A DNA stretch of 64,000 bases from a virus. Taxonomy: Duplodnaviria; Caudoviricetes. The notes below the pieces were generated by a model. It was not told the DNA's origin. It searched no databases and saw nothing but the letters and a program-made list of their open reading frames with translations. The stretch lies in IMG/VR virus record IMGVR_UViG_3300028797_000010, positions 1-64,000 of that record. One strand, 5' to 3'. The translations under genes and the position numbers were made by a program. This document shows positions 17,975-27,275 of this stretch, in pieces. Each line of letters opens with the position of its first letter. Position 1 is the first letter of the stretch.

Positions 17975-18979
17975 ATGAAACCATTTGAGATTGCGCTGTT
18001 CAAGCATTTTCTTGGAAGTAAGGGAATGACCACGGTATGGATTAGCTCCTACCGCCGTAATCATTACAAAACGAACCCGATTAGTATCGAGGAGTATTTA
18101 CAGAAAGTCGCACCCGAGGACGTGATGATGAAGGCTTTCATCTTCTTTATCAACACCGACTACGGCTATGAATATTGGGAAAAGATGACCGTCCTTTGGA
18201 TGGAGTTCTACGAGGGCAACCGCAACAACTACACGGCAGACGAGTGGTACAAGCTACAGGGCATGTCCAAGATTCTTCGCACCAATTGGGATGCGGCTGC
18301 GCACTGGAAAGAGGAGTCCCGACTCACGGCAGCCATGCGCCTTGGCATCGACCTGGCGCTGATTGGTTGCGAGGACAAGACACCTACCGCACCGCCGACG
18401 AAAATGGCCGAGGAATACTTGCGTGAAAAGACGCGTGAGGAAATCGCCAAGATGGGTGACGCAACGAACAAGGAAGATGCACCGCTATTGGACTTTTCGG
18501 ATGGCGACACGGATGGCAAAGGTGATGACGTTGAACGCATGGACATCAAGACATATATCAAGGGCAAGCCCGAAGAAAAGAAGTCAATCCTTGGCGAGTT
18601 TGAGTTCTTGGACATTTCACGCAAGAGCAAGCGCTCGCGACTTTTGGACAACGAAATATCAGTAAACACACGCAACAACTGCGCACGCATGACGTTCAAC
18701 CAAAAGATTTCGAACGAAATCAAGGCGCGTGGCGGTTATGAATATGCAGCGTTGTTAAAGAACAAGAAAGGCGACGTCGCATTGATTCTAAACGACGAGA
18801 AAGGTGTGCCGTTACAGGAAAGCCATACACGTGTAAACGCAAACGTCATTATAGGGACAAAGACCTTGGTTGACAAGGTTATAACATTCCTCGGCTTGAA
18901 TAACGACTACGAGATTATCAAGGTCACGGAAATCGAACGGACGAACGACTACGTGGCATATTTACTAACTAAAAAATAA
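17975..18979 (+). CDS. Hypothetical protein (two domains)
   Basis: 334-aa ORF after an AT-rich intergenic region. Confidence 0.85.
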   Translation: MKPFEIALFKHFLGSKGMTTVWISSYRRNHYKTNPISIEEYLQKVAPEDVMMKAFIFFINTDYGYEYWEKMTVLWMEFYEGNRNNYTADEWYKLQGMSKILRTNWDAAAHWKEESRLTAAMRLGIDLALIGCEDKTPTAPPTKMAEEYLREKTREEIAKMGDATNKEDAPLLDFSDGDTDGKGDDVERMDIKTYIKGKPEEKKSILGEFEFLDISRKSKRSRLLDNEISVNTRNNCARMTFNQKISNEIKARGGYEYAALLKNKKGDVALILNDEKGVPLQESHTRVNANVIIGTKTLVDKVITFLGLNNDYEIIKVTEIERTNDYVAYLLTKK

Positions 18980-18987
18980 AATGAATT

Positions 18988-19230
18988 ATGAGTTACGAGA
19001 ATTGGAATCCAGAAACGACGGCAACACAAAAGACGCAGGTACGCGCATGGTTGTTGCAAGGTAATCACCTGACACCGTTAGAGGCACTACGACGCTTTGG
19101 TTCGCTTCGCCTTTCGGCCATCATCTTCGATTTGCGCGAAGAGGGTTTGCCCATTGTGACCGAAAAGCTACAGGTTTCGCCACGTAAACGTGTGGCCGAC
19201 TACTACATCAAGCCCGAAGACTTGAAATAG
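18988..19230 (+). CDS. Winged helix-turn-helix protein
   Basis: LLQGNHLTPLEALRRFGSLRLSAIIFDLR. Confidence 0.8.
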   Translation: MSYENWNPETTATQKTQVRAWLLQGNHLTPLEALRRFGSLRLSAIIFDLREEGLPIVTEKLQVSPRKRVADYYIKPEDLK

Positions 19231-19340
19231 GGCTTTGTGGCGGGGTTTCGGGCGTTCGGTGGATACTTACCCATCGCGCGCCTAAAAAACCGCTTAAAAC
19301 GCTTTAAAAACGTATTTATAACAATTTAATTAATATTATT

Positions 19341-19628
19341 ATGATTGACAAGAATATTCCAGGTTACGACTATGTAAAAAACGTAAAAGGTTGTGACGGC
19401 TATGAGAGGTGTGGCTATGACATGCTTTTTGTGGTAAGGCGAAATTGCAGAGACTATCTTACAGGATTGGTCGAAATATGTAAGAATGAGAATGGGGCTC
19501 GGGCTAAACTTAGAGCCAAGTACAACGATGACAATTACATCATTTGGAGTGGTGAGATTGTGACTATCGAAAAAGGTAGTGCAAGATTGCCTTATGGAGG
19601 AGATTATATTAGATTCTATTGGAGTTAA
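19341..19628 (+). CDS. Hypothetical protein
   Basis: 95-aa ORF after a hairpin element. Confidence 0.65.
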   Translation: MIDKNIPGYDYVKNVKGCDGYERCGYDMLFVVRRNCRDYLTGLVEICKNENGARAKLRAKYNDDNYIIWSGEIVTIEKGSARLPYGGDYIRFYWS

Positions 19629-19633
19629 CGGCT

Positions 19634-19867
19634 ATGGCAAAGAATAACGATATTGAGTGTTTTATGTACTATATGTACAACCGTTGGTCAATGACGGAAT
19701 CAAAACACATTTTCGGCGACGACCTCGGTTTGCATATATACAACAAGTGGCTTGAAAAGCAAGAGTACTCGCATGACGTAAATATCTCGTGGTACGGCGA
19801 CTTGGATAAGACGTGTCGTAACAAGGTCTTGGAACGAGCAAAAGAACTTTATAGTAACAACAATTAA
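19634..19867 (+). CDS. Hypothetical protein
   Basis: Start MAKNND; tight run. Confidence 0.65.
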   Translation: MAKNNDIECFMYYMYNRWSMTESKHIFGDDLGLHIYNKWLEKQEYSHDVNISWYGDLDKTCRNKVLERAKELYSNNN

Positions 19868-19880
19868 AACATTTAGGATT

Positions 19881-20084
19881 ATGGCAAAGAAAATGATTAG
19901 ATTTACTGACAAGCGCACTGGGAACGTCACTGAATTCATTATTGACTTCCTTGGTCGCAAGGTGTTTGACATCACAAAAAGCGTCGACGAAATGAACGCC
20001 ACGGTTCGATGGTGCAACCATAACGACGTTGGAGGGATGTTGGAAAATGACATGTTCAAGGTTGAAATAACAAGCATTGTGTAA
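19881..20084 (+). CDS. Small hypothetical protein
   Basis: 67-aa ORF in a run. Confidence 0.65.
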   Translation: MAKKMIRFTDKRTGNVTEFIIDFLGRKVFDITKSVDEMNATVRWCNHNDVGGMLENDMFKVEITSIV

Positions 20085-20089
20085 AGCAT

Positions 20090-20272
20090 ATGGCACATTT
20101 GATTTTAAATGACGCACAGTTTGAAGCAATCTGTGAACGTTCAGGCGACTTTTGTGGTCATCGTTGTCGAACTTGTGAGGCGTTTCAAGCCAACCAGCGC
20201 TACCACTATGGTGGTTATGACGAAGATGATGAAAATGATGACGAAGATGACGGCTATGGTACGCATTGGTAG
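20090..20272 (+). CDS. Small Cys-motif protein with an acidic tail
   Basis: C...C..HRC..C plus DEDDENDDED. Confidence 0.6.
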   Translation: MAHLILNDAQFEAICERSGDFCGHRCRTCEAFQANQRYHYGGYDEDDENDDEDDGYGTHW

Positions 20273-20324
20273 TTAAAATGGGTTAAATGTTTCCCAATTA
20301 TTTGCAATATTCAAAACATCATCG

Positions 20325-20332
20325 TATATTTG
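20325..20332 (+). promoter_or_regulatory. -7 promoter element (TATATTTG)
   Basis: GGTTAAA...TTTG...cgTATATTTGca. Confidence 0.75.
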
Positions 20333-20342
20333 CACCGTGAAA

Positions 20343-20452
20343 CAAGTGGGCTGGGCTTGAAGTAACGGAATCTTATTGCAAAAAGTGGCTTTCATTTAGC
20401 CAACATCATAGCAACGAATCCCTATTGAGTACCAGCCCTACTTGATAGGGAT
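20343..20452 (+). promoter_or_regulatory. Structured 5' leader (candidate pseudoknot or switch)
   Basis: CAAGTGGGCTGG (20343-54) pairs with CCAGCCCTACTTG (20432-44); ATCCCTAT (20418-25) pairs with ATAGGGAT (20445-52). Confidence 0.45.
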
Positions 20453-20490
20453 AGTTCATTATATGTGTGGCTTTGTAATTTTTCTATAAG

Positions 20491-21222
20491 ATGAAAGTTA
20501 GACGACTAATATTAAACGGGATTAAAGGACAGCCGATGCAACAAAAAGCGTTGGCTCTTGCTATTTATCTCAAATTCAAGGTTGGTCGCGATTCTATCAT
20601 CAAGAATTTCACTATCAATAAAATAAGAAATATTACTGGGCTTTCCGCTACTACCATCAATAAATACTTGCCTATCCTTTTGGAAAACGGCTGGGTTACT
20701 TTTTGTGGTAGTAACAAAGAACACTTGGTTATAAGTAGGCTTGCTTCAAACACGAATAACCGAAATGTTTGTGTTGACAAGTTTTGCTTTAACTCGTTCA
20801 AAGACGTATATAACTCTATCCGTTCTTTCTTGGCAATACTCATACAAGCACGTAAGGACTTTATCAAACGCACGATTCAGATTGCAACCAATCCTCAAAA
20901 GGGACAGAATTGTAAGGCTGCAAGAAAAACCATGAAACGTCTCGTTCGTGAAGGAATTATCCGCGATGGCAAGTATAAGGAATACGGATTGTCATACAAA
21001 CGTATAGCATCAGAACTTGGAAATTGCGCAAGAACGGCTTTTCGTGTTATGCAATATGCTATTAACAAGAATTTGCTTGTTAAGCATAATAATATAGAAC
21101 AAGTTTATGCACCTAAAGTATGGTATCGTCATATTCTAGGTTATACCTTTGCTACTAAGAATAACCTATATAGTGTACACGCAAATACGTACACAATCAC
21201 ACATGGTATAATTAGTTTGTAA
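20491..21222 (+). CDS. Basic double-HTH DNA-binding protein
   Basis: INKIRNITGLSATTINKYL and LSYKRIASELGNCARTA HTH-like segments. Confidence 0.65.
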   Translation: MKVRRLILNGIKGQPMQQKALALAIYLKFKVGRDSIIKNFTINKIRNITGLSATTINKYLPILLENGWVTFCGSNKEHLVISRLASNTNNRNVCVDKFCFNSFKDVYNSIRSFLAILIQARKDFIKRTIQIATNPQKGQNCKAARKTMKRLVREGIIRDGKYKEYGLSYKRIASELGNCARTAFRVMQYAINKNLLVKHNNIEQVYAPKVWYRHILGYTFATKNNLYSVHANTYTITHGIISL

Positions 21223-21225
21223 AAA

Positions 21226-21726
21226 ATGAAAACGGATGTTTATACGTCTTTAATCGGTTTCAAGTACGGAAAAAAGAAAGCCAAATCTTATAAGGACTTG
21301 AACGATGTATTTGTTGAATGGGTTGAGACTACGACTGAAAAGTTGATTGAAAAATGCAACAAAGCAGAACTTGATGCTGGTCATGAACTAAAGAGGGTTT
21401 TGCCAAGTATTGAAAAGCAAGTTTTCTTTCGAATACATGGAAGATGTTACTTTCTTGATTATTATTATCCCAAAAAACGTATTGCAATAGAAATTGATGG
21501 AGGCTATCATAAAGGACGAAAAGAAATCGACAAACAACGCGATAAGGATTTTGCCGAAATTGGTATAGCAACGATTCGTATAAGCGACAAAGATGTATTA
21601 AACGGAAAGTTGTTAGATAGAATAGAGCAAAATGAATCAAGAATAAAGTTGTCGAAAAGTAAAAAGAAAAAAGTAAAGAAAGAGCAAAAAAGAAATAGAC
21701 TTATTGATGCGTCTCAAGGAACATGA
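21226..21726 (+). CDS. DUF559/Vsr-like PD-(D/E)XK endonuclease
   Basis: YFLDYYYP..RIAIEIDGGYH....D..RD......GIATIRI. Confidence 0.85.
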   Translation: MKTDVYTSLIGFKYGKKKAKSYKDLNDVFVEWVETTTEKLIEKCNKAELDAGHELKRVLPSIEKQVFFRIHGRCYFLDYYYPKKRIAIEIDGGYHKGRKEIDKQRDKDFAEIGIATIRISDKDVLNGKLLDRIEQNESRIKLSKSKKKKVKKEQKRNRLIDASQGT

Positions 21727-21770
21727 CAAGATGAAACATAACGCTAGATGGATATAAATCAAATACAATT

Positions 21771-22214
21771 ATGGCACATTATTTACTCTATACCGACGGG
21801 GCATATTACCCTGAACATGAACGTAGCGCAATCGCCTACGTGATGATTGATTCATCGACAAAAAAGGAAGTACGACGCATGCAACAAACAGTCATGGGCG
21901 ATACAAGCGGACGCGCCGAGTTGAAAGCCATTATAAGTGCCTTGTATGCGTTGCCCGATGATGCCACGGCCTGTACCATCGTTTGCGATTCAAAGTACGC
22001 CATTGACGCCTGTAGCGGACGTTGCTTGCGATACAGGAACAATGACCTATTAAGGCTCTTTGACGAACTTGTGGAAAAGCGTGGCGTGTCCGTAAGTTAC
22101 TCTTGGGTGAAATCCCACAACGGGAATTTCTATAACGAGCTTTGCGACACACTATGTCAGCAAGCGATACATGAATATAAAGAAGAAAAAGACAAAGACA
22201 AGAACGAATTATGA
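21771..22214 (+). CDS. rnhA: Ribonuclease HI
   Basis: LYTDGA, T..RAELKAI, CDSKY, WVKSH.G...NE.CD.L. Confidence 0.93.
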   Translation: MAHYLLYTDGAYYPEHERSAIAYVMIDSSTKKEVRRMQQTVMGDTSGRAELKAIISALYALPDDATACTIVCDSKYAIDACSGRCLRYRNNDLLRLFDELVEKRGVSVSYSWVKSHNGNFYNELCDTLCQQAIHEYKEEKDKDKNEL

Positions 22215-22375
22215 CGCATTTTAAGATTAAAATGAAGGAACGTGGCGTGGATGGCAACGTCCGCATGTTGGAAACGGAATATATCGGTGACGTGACGCCT
22301 GAATACGTGATAGACTTTTTTGGTCTTAACAACACGGATATTCTGGACTATGAAATAATAGTAACCGCATTTTGA
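22211..22375 (+). CDS. Small hypothetical protein (54 aa)
   Basis: Manual translation MTHFKIKMKE...; ATGA overlap. Confidence 0.5.
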   Translation: MTHFKIKMKERGVDGNVRMLETEYIGDVTPEYVIDFFGLNNTDILDYEIIVTAF

Positions 22376-22426
22376 TTTATTAACTTAAATAATCACAAAT
22401 TATTTGGCATATTCAAAATCTTTTTG

Positions 22427-22434
22427 TATTTTTG
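22427..22434 (+). promoter_or_regulatory. -7 promoter element (TATTTTTG), 4 nt before the ssb ATG
   Basis: TTTGGCATATTCAAAA...gTATTTTTGcaccATG. Confidence 0.65.
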
Positions 22435-22438
22435 CACC

Positions 22439-22819
22439 ATGTTAGACAAAAACATAGTATGGCTTGAAGGTCTGATTGGCGATGATGCCAAGTTTGGCCG
22501 AACCGAAGAGGGGAAGGAATATTTCACTTTTTCGCTTTGTGTCGATTCGTTTATCAAAGAAATGAGCGACATGACGGAAAGGACGCATTCACAGAACTTC
22601 ATCCGCACGACCGTGTTTGACAAGCGCGCCTTGGCCTACCTACGCAAGGTTGATGCACATCGTGGCATGCGCGTCACGGTCTTTGGACGCATATCGTCGT
22701 TCAAGACAGAATACAAGGGCGTCGAGTTCATACAGCTTTCAATCATCGTGCGTGACATCGGTGTTATACAGACAAAAAGCATGAAACGAAAGAAAACGGA
22801 AGAGACAAAACAAGATTAG
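22439..22819 (+). CDS. ssb: Single-stranded DNA-binding protein (OB fold)
   Basis: VWLEGLIGDDAKF...FTFSL...F..TTVF...GMRVTVFGRI. Confidence 0.75.
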   Translation: MLDKNIVWLEGLIGDDAKFGRTEEGKEYFTFSLCVDSFIKEMSDMTERTHSQNFIRTTVFDKRALAYLRKVDAHRGMRVTVFGRISSFKTEYKGVEFIQLSIIVRDIGVIQTKSMKRKKTEETKQD

Positions 22820-22842
22820 TTATTAACGTAATAAGAAAGATT

Positions 22843-23859
22843 ATGGTAGATTACAAAGAAGATGTTGCCCAATCTCGCGTTGGGTGTTTGGGTTCAAGTG
22901 ACGGTCACATGCTACAACAGATTTGTGCCTTGGGCTATGTACCTAAGTCGGCCTACAAGCGATTGGCCGTATGCAAGGGCTTGATTCCACAAGAGGATAT
23001 TCCACGCACGGCGGCGGTGCAAGCAGGTGACGCTATGGAAATGCTTATCTACAAGCACCTCGAGGCCAACGACCCCCGATATGAGTCGAATCCGCGATGG
23101 GAATCCACAAAGTATTCAACAAAGAACGTCAAGCTGATTGCACATCCCGACCTCGTATTGAAAGACGATGCACGTCGTACGCTGTTTGTCTATGAGGTCA
23201 AGACAACACGTTTCTCGTTCGAGGAAACCCGACAGACTTACAAGTCGCAATTGTTCATCGAGCACGTCTTAGGCAAGGAAATTTGCGAATCACTTGGCAA
23301 AGGTTGGACGGTCAAGGTTTTCTTGGTACATTATAGCACCGAGGGCTTGGACTTGGCACAATTATTAGCCGATGATGCACTTGAAATAGACCCGACACGT
23401 CTGACTGTACACGAAGTTCGTTTTACGTCCACGTCTTTTTTTGACATCAAGCGCACGATGGCGATGGTGGATGCCTTCTTAGAGGATTTCACCGAGTACT
23501 ATGATGGTGACGAAGTGGACGCGAATCTACTTCCAGCAACCGTTAAGTCACAATTCGAGGATATTGCGGTCGCTTTGAAAGAAATCGAGGAACGCAAGAC
23601 ACGTATCGATGAATTCAAAAATAAACTCTACGACTTTATGCAGGAAAAAAACATAAAGTCTATAAAGAATGACCTTTTTTCGATTACACGTGTTGACCCG
23701 ACGGAAAGCAAGTCGTTCGACAACAAGCGTTACCTCGATGACATGGCAAAGGAACACCCACGGAAGGCAAAGGCCATTGCCGCAAAGTACGCCAAGACTA
23801 CGAAGCGTGGTGGCTATGTGAATATTAAGGTTAAAGATAACGAAAACAAAAACGATTGA
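22843..23859 (+). CDS. YqaJ/lambda-exonuclease-like protein
   Basis: R...LGSSD, G..ME, AHPDLV, YEVKT; adjacent to RecT. Confidence 0.75.
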   Translation: MVDYKEDVAQSRVGCLGSSDGHMLQQICALGYVPKSAYKRLAVCKGLIPQEDIPRTAAVQAGDAMEMLIYKHLEANDPRYESNPRWESTKYSTKNVKLIAHPDLVLKDDARRTLFVYEVKTTRFSFEETRQTYKSQLFIEHVLGKEICESLGKGWTVKVFLVHYSTEGLDLAQLLADDALEIDPTRLTVHEVRFTSTSFFDIKRTMAMVDAFLEDFTEYYDGDEVDANLLPATVKSQFEDIAVALKEIEERKTRIDEFKNKLYDFMQEKNIKSIKNDLFSITRVDPTESKSFDNKRYLDDMAKEHPRKAKAIAAKYAKTTKRGGYVNIKVKDNENKND

Positions 23860-23862
23860 ATT

Positions 23863-24030
23863 ATGGCAAAGTATCCATCACAGCCGTTGAAGTTCATGCA
23901 CGGCAACGCCGAGGTATTCGGACAGTATTACATGCACGGCAACGCCGAGGTATTCGGACAGTATTACATGCACAGCGCAAAGGCAAGACAAGCAGCACGC
24001 AAGCGCAAGCAGATTAACAAACGTAAGTAG
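23863..24030 (+). CDS. Small basic protein with a 12-aa tandem duplication
   Basis: MAKYPSQPLKF(MHGNAEVFGQYY)x2 MHSAKARQAARKRKQINKRK. Confidence 0.55.
   Translation: MAKYPSQPLKFMHGNAEVFGQYYMHGNAEVFGQYYMHSAKARQAARKRKQINKRK
23895..23973. repeat. Perfect 36-bp tandem repeat, 2 copies plus 7 nt
   Basis: CATGCACGGCAACGCCGAGGTATTCGGACAGTATTA at 23895 and 23931. Confidence 0.95.
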
Positions 24031-24055
24031 AACTAACATTAAATTGGAAAAGATT

Positions 24056-24895
24056 ATGGCAGATGAAAAGAAAGCAACGGGATTAAGATTGTTCAATCAG
24101 ACAATCACCAACCCGTCAACACAAAAGTATTTGGCAGACGTCCTTGGCGAGCGTAAGGGTTCGTTTGTGAACAACCTCACGGCCTTAGTAGCAAACAACA
24201 CCATGTTACAGGATTGCGACCCGTACACGGTGATGTTCGCCGCAATGAAGGCCACGGCACTAAACCTTCCGTTGGACAATTCACTTGGTTTCGCGTATGT
24301 TCTCCCGTATAAAGACAATAAGCGCGGCGTGACCGTGGCGCAATTCCAATTGGGTTACAAGGGTGTCAAGCAATTGGCCTTGCGTAGCGGACAGTTTGCC
24401 ATCATACCAAATGCAACCGACGTACGAGAGGGTGAACTTGTCTCACGTAACCGTTTGACTGGCGAATGCAAGTTCAACTTTATCGATGATGCCGAGGAAC
24501 GTGAAAAGAAGCCCATCATAGGCTATGTAAGCTATTTCCGTCTTTTAAGTGGCGCAGAATCGACTTTCTATATGTCATTAAAGGAAATGGAGGCACACGC
24601 CTTGCGCTATTCCCAAACATATCGTTCGAAAGATTCACGCGTCAAGGCCGCATCGAAATGGACTACCGACTTCAACGACATGGCTTGCAAGACCGTAGTC
24701 AAGCTGAACCTTTCCAAGAATGCCCCGTTGTCGGTTGAGATGGCAGACGCAATAAAGGCCGACCAGTCAATCATGTTTGAGCGTGACAAGTATTCCTATC
24801 TTGACAGCGACCAAGCGGACATCGATATGGCAAAGGCACAAGCCATTGCGGACAAGTTTGCTGACTTTGTGGACGTGACCGACAACGACAAATAA
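24056..24895 (+). CDS. recT: RecT/Bet-family single-strand annealing recombinase
   Basis: AMKATALNL.L...LGFAYVLPY, AQFQLGYKG.KQLALRSGQ, W.TDF..MA.KTV. Confidence 0.92.
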   Translation: MADEKKATGLRLFNQTITNPSTQKYLADVLGERKGSFVNNLTALVANNTMLQDCDPYTVMFAAMKATALNLPLDNSLGFAYVLPYKDNKRGVTVAQFQLGYKGVKQLALRSGQFAIIPNATDVREGELVSRNRLTGECKFNFIDDAEEREKKPIIGYVSYFRLLSGAESTFYMSLKEMEAHALRYSQTYRSKDSRVKAASKWTTDFNDMACKTVVKLNLSKNAPLSVEMADAIKADQSIMFERDKYSYLDSDQADIDMAKAQAIADKFADFVDVTDNDK

Positions 24896-24911
24896 AAACA
24901 ACTGCAAGCCC

Positions 24912-25118
24912 ATGAGCAAGAATACGAATTATCTACACTCGCATAGCGGTATCGAACGTGAACGAAAGTTCCCGAAACACCTTGTGCTTGTTGATGAAGA
25001 CTATAAAAACATGTTCCTTGACCCAAAGCTTTATCGGGTACATGGCAAGGACTATTTTGTAGTCAGCATTTTGGAATTTGTGAATAAAGGTGGCGTGTTT
25101 AAGAACTTTAGCGAATAA
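24912..25118 (+). CDS. Small hypothetical protein
   Basis: 68-aa ORF in a run. Confidence 0.55.
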   Translation: MSKNTNYLHSHSGIERERKFPKHLVLVDEDYKNMFLDPKLYRVHGKDYFVVSILEFVNKGGVFKNFSE

Positions 25119-25123
25119 GTGTA

Positions 25124-25504
25124 ATGGAAATCGATTTTAAGCGCATTGTTTTCACAAGCCTTGATGGTTGGCTATCCTTTACGGGAAAAGCCGCCACAGG
25201 GCTTTTAAACGGCATTCTCGACGTTCTTTTCGCATTGGTAGCCGCCATTGTGTCGTTGTCGTACAAGCTGTGGATTGTATTTACGGCTTTCGTGCGCCGC
25301 AGGCCGTTGCTTGCCGTGGCTTTTGTGTCACTTGTGATTACGGTGGTTTGGATGGCCGTAGCGATGCGTGTGGCGGCCAAGTCTAAGTACTACGAGCACC
25401 AGCGTGACAGTCTGTCGTACGAGCTTTCAAAGTTCACTCAGGCTTATACGCCAAGGGATTCTACCATAGTGATTGCGGACTCTACATACATCTATTGCTA
25501 TTGA
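25124..25504 (+). CDS. Membrane protein
   Basis: Two hydrophobic helices followed by a short coiled segment. Confidence 0.7.
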   Translation: MEIDFKRIVFTSLDGWLSFTGKAATGLLNGILDVLFALVAAIVSLSYKLWIVFTAFVRRRPLLAVAFVSLVITVVWMAVAMRVAAKSKYYEHQRDSLSYELSKFTQAYTPRDSTIVIADSTYIYCY

Positions 25505-25508
25505 TGCG

Positions 25509-26075
25509 ATGGTATTAGGTTCACATAATAGTTGGTCTTACCTTCCAGTTCGGAAGTGGTGGATGCGTCCGTTGGCTTTCATGGCCAGATGCCAGTGCAA
25601 GACGATACGCGAGCAGTATGAGCTTGGCGTAAGGTGCTTTGACCTGCGTGTAAGGTGGAAAAGACTGTGGCGATTCAGGGTTGCGCACGGCATTGTCGAA
25701 TATGACATAACAGAGAACCAGCTAACGAACGACCTTGCGTTTCTTGACTCAAAGGGGGACTGTATGGTGCGTGTGTTGCATGAGGTAAGGACAAAGAAGC
25801 AGTACGAGCCTTCCAAGCCGTTCTTCCAGAGTTTCTGTTATGTGATTATGTCCGAATACAAGCATATACGCTTCTGGTGCGGACGTAATATGTATAATTG
25901 GGAGGTTGACTACCGCTTCGGCAACGACCCGACTTGCGATGAGAAATATGCGTCCGTTTCGTGCAAGTGGTTTGCGTGGTGGCCGTGGCTGTATGCAAGG
26001 GTCATGAACCACAGGATACGAAGACAAGGAAGCAATAGCGACATTCTTTTGATTGACTACATAAATATAGAATAG
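25509..26075 (+). CDS. PI-PLC X-domain phosphodiesterase
   Basis: LGSHNS (His 1), CQ...I.EQY..GVR.FDLRV (Asp-Arg), VAHG (His 2). Confidence 0.85.
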   Translation: MVLGSHNSWSYLPVRKWWMRPLAFMARCQCKTIREQYELGVRCFDLRVRWKRLWRFRVAHGIVEYDITENQLTNDLAFLDSKGDCMVRVLHEVRTKKQYEPSKPFFQSFCYVIMSEYKHIRFWCGRNMYNWEVDYRFGNDPTCDEKYASVSCKWFAWWPWLYARVMNHRIRRQGSNSDILLIDYINIE

Positions 26076-26079
26076 CATT

Positions 26080-26256
26080 ATGGTAAAGATAGTAAAAGTA
26101 CACGTTTCAAGGCCCAACTACGGTTATGTTGAATTAGATATTACGCGTATATTAGCAGTTATTCCAGACAGCAACGCGTTGCTTTTTGAGAATGTTATTT
26201 GGCATTTGGAAGAAGAAGAATTTGATAAGGTTTACAAGGAATGGAAACGATTATAG
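26080..26256 (+). CDS. Small hypothetical protein (58 aa)
   Basis: Manual translation MVKIVKVHVSRPNYG... Confidence 0.5.
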   Translation: MVKIVKVHVSRPNYGYVELDITRILAVIPDSNALLFENVIWHLEEEEFDKVYKEWKRL

Positions 26257-27275
26257 ACAACACAAAGATGTGGGAGTCACTAATAACCCTATTGCACAAT
26301 TCCACATACCCAGCACTTCAACTAATAGGTCACCGTTTGCATAATGCTTACGAGGATGCTATTAAGAAAGGAGAGATAGTCAGCATTAAGCCTGAGCCTT
26401 TCAAGATAAAGAAAGGAATGTGGTATATGTGCATTAAAGATAATGTAAATATTACAAAAGGCAATATTTATAAAGGTATTGCTGACGGGTATATTCTTGA
26501 TGATAAGGGACAGAGATACAATTGTAATAATTGGGCTGTTTTTCAAAGATATTTCCGTCCAGCAACAGAGGAAGAAATCCCACACAAGTTTAAGGTTGGG
26601 GATTGGCTGTGTGAAAATGAACCAAACAATTATGCTCGATTCATGCAAATACTTGAAACAGTAAATATACAAGGTAAAGAAAAATATAGAATTTCAAGAG
26701 ACATTCATAATGATGAAGATGTAGTTGAATTTGACTTTGTAGAAAAGTATTATCACAAATTTGACATTAAGGATGCCAAGGACGGTGATGTGCTTTCATA
26801 TAGAGATGGTCAGTGGATATTTATCTTTAAGAAAAATAGAAAAGAACATGAAATAGCTTATCATGCACTAATTTCAGATAGAGGACTTTCAGTTAATGAT
26901 GTTGCGTTTACAATATTTAAAGATGCTATTGACCCTGCTACCAAAGAACAACGCGATACCTTGTTCAATGCAATGCGTGAAAAAGGTTACGAATGGGACG
27001 CAGAAAAGAAAGAACTTAGTCACCCCGAAGTGACCAAGATAAGTGAGCAAGAGTTGACTGAGTTTGAGAAAGAACTTGCCAATTTGGTGGGACACTATTA
27101 TGTATGCAAGTCAGACCAAGATACAGACTTTACTGATGTTGAATTTGTAAAGGAATACTCAGAAGACCTTCTCTCTGTTGCCCGCAAGCAATTTATTGAA
27201 GAGGCTTGTGAATACATTAGAAAGCATATAAACGATTATTATGCAGAAGATTTCAGAAAAGCATTAGAGAAATGA
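26241..27275 (+). CDS. Modular hypothetical phage protein
   Basis: Modules FKIKKG.W, FKVGDW, DIKDAKDGDVL, PATKEQRD.LF..M...GYEWD.EKKEL; AT-rich. Confidence 0.8.
   Translation: METIIDNTKMWESLITLLHNSTYPALQLIGHRLHNAYEDAIKKGEIVSIKPEPFKIKKGMWYMCIKDNVNITKGNIYKGIADGYILDDKGQRYNCNNWAVFQRYFRPATEEEIPHKFKVGDWLCENEPNNYARFMQILETVNIQGKEKYRISRDIHNDEDVVEFDFVEKYYHKFDIKDAKDGDVLSYRDGQWIFIFKKNRKEHEIAYHALISDRGLSVNDVAFTIFKDAIDPATKEQRDTLFNAMREKGYEWDAEKKELSHPEVTKISEQELTEFEKELANLVGHYYVCKSDQDTDFTDVEFVKEYSEDLLSVARKQFIEEACEYIRKHINDYYAEDFRKALEK

Noticed and set aside
23895-23973. 36-bp repeat as a CRISPR array
   Set aside because: Copies are directly adjacent with no spacer, in frame in an ORF, and no cas genes are present
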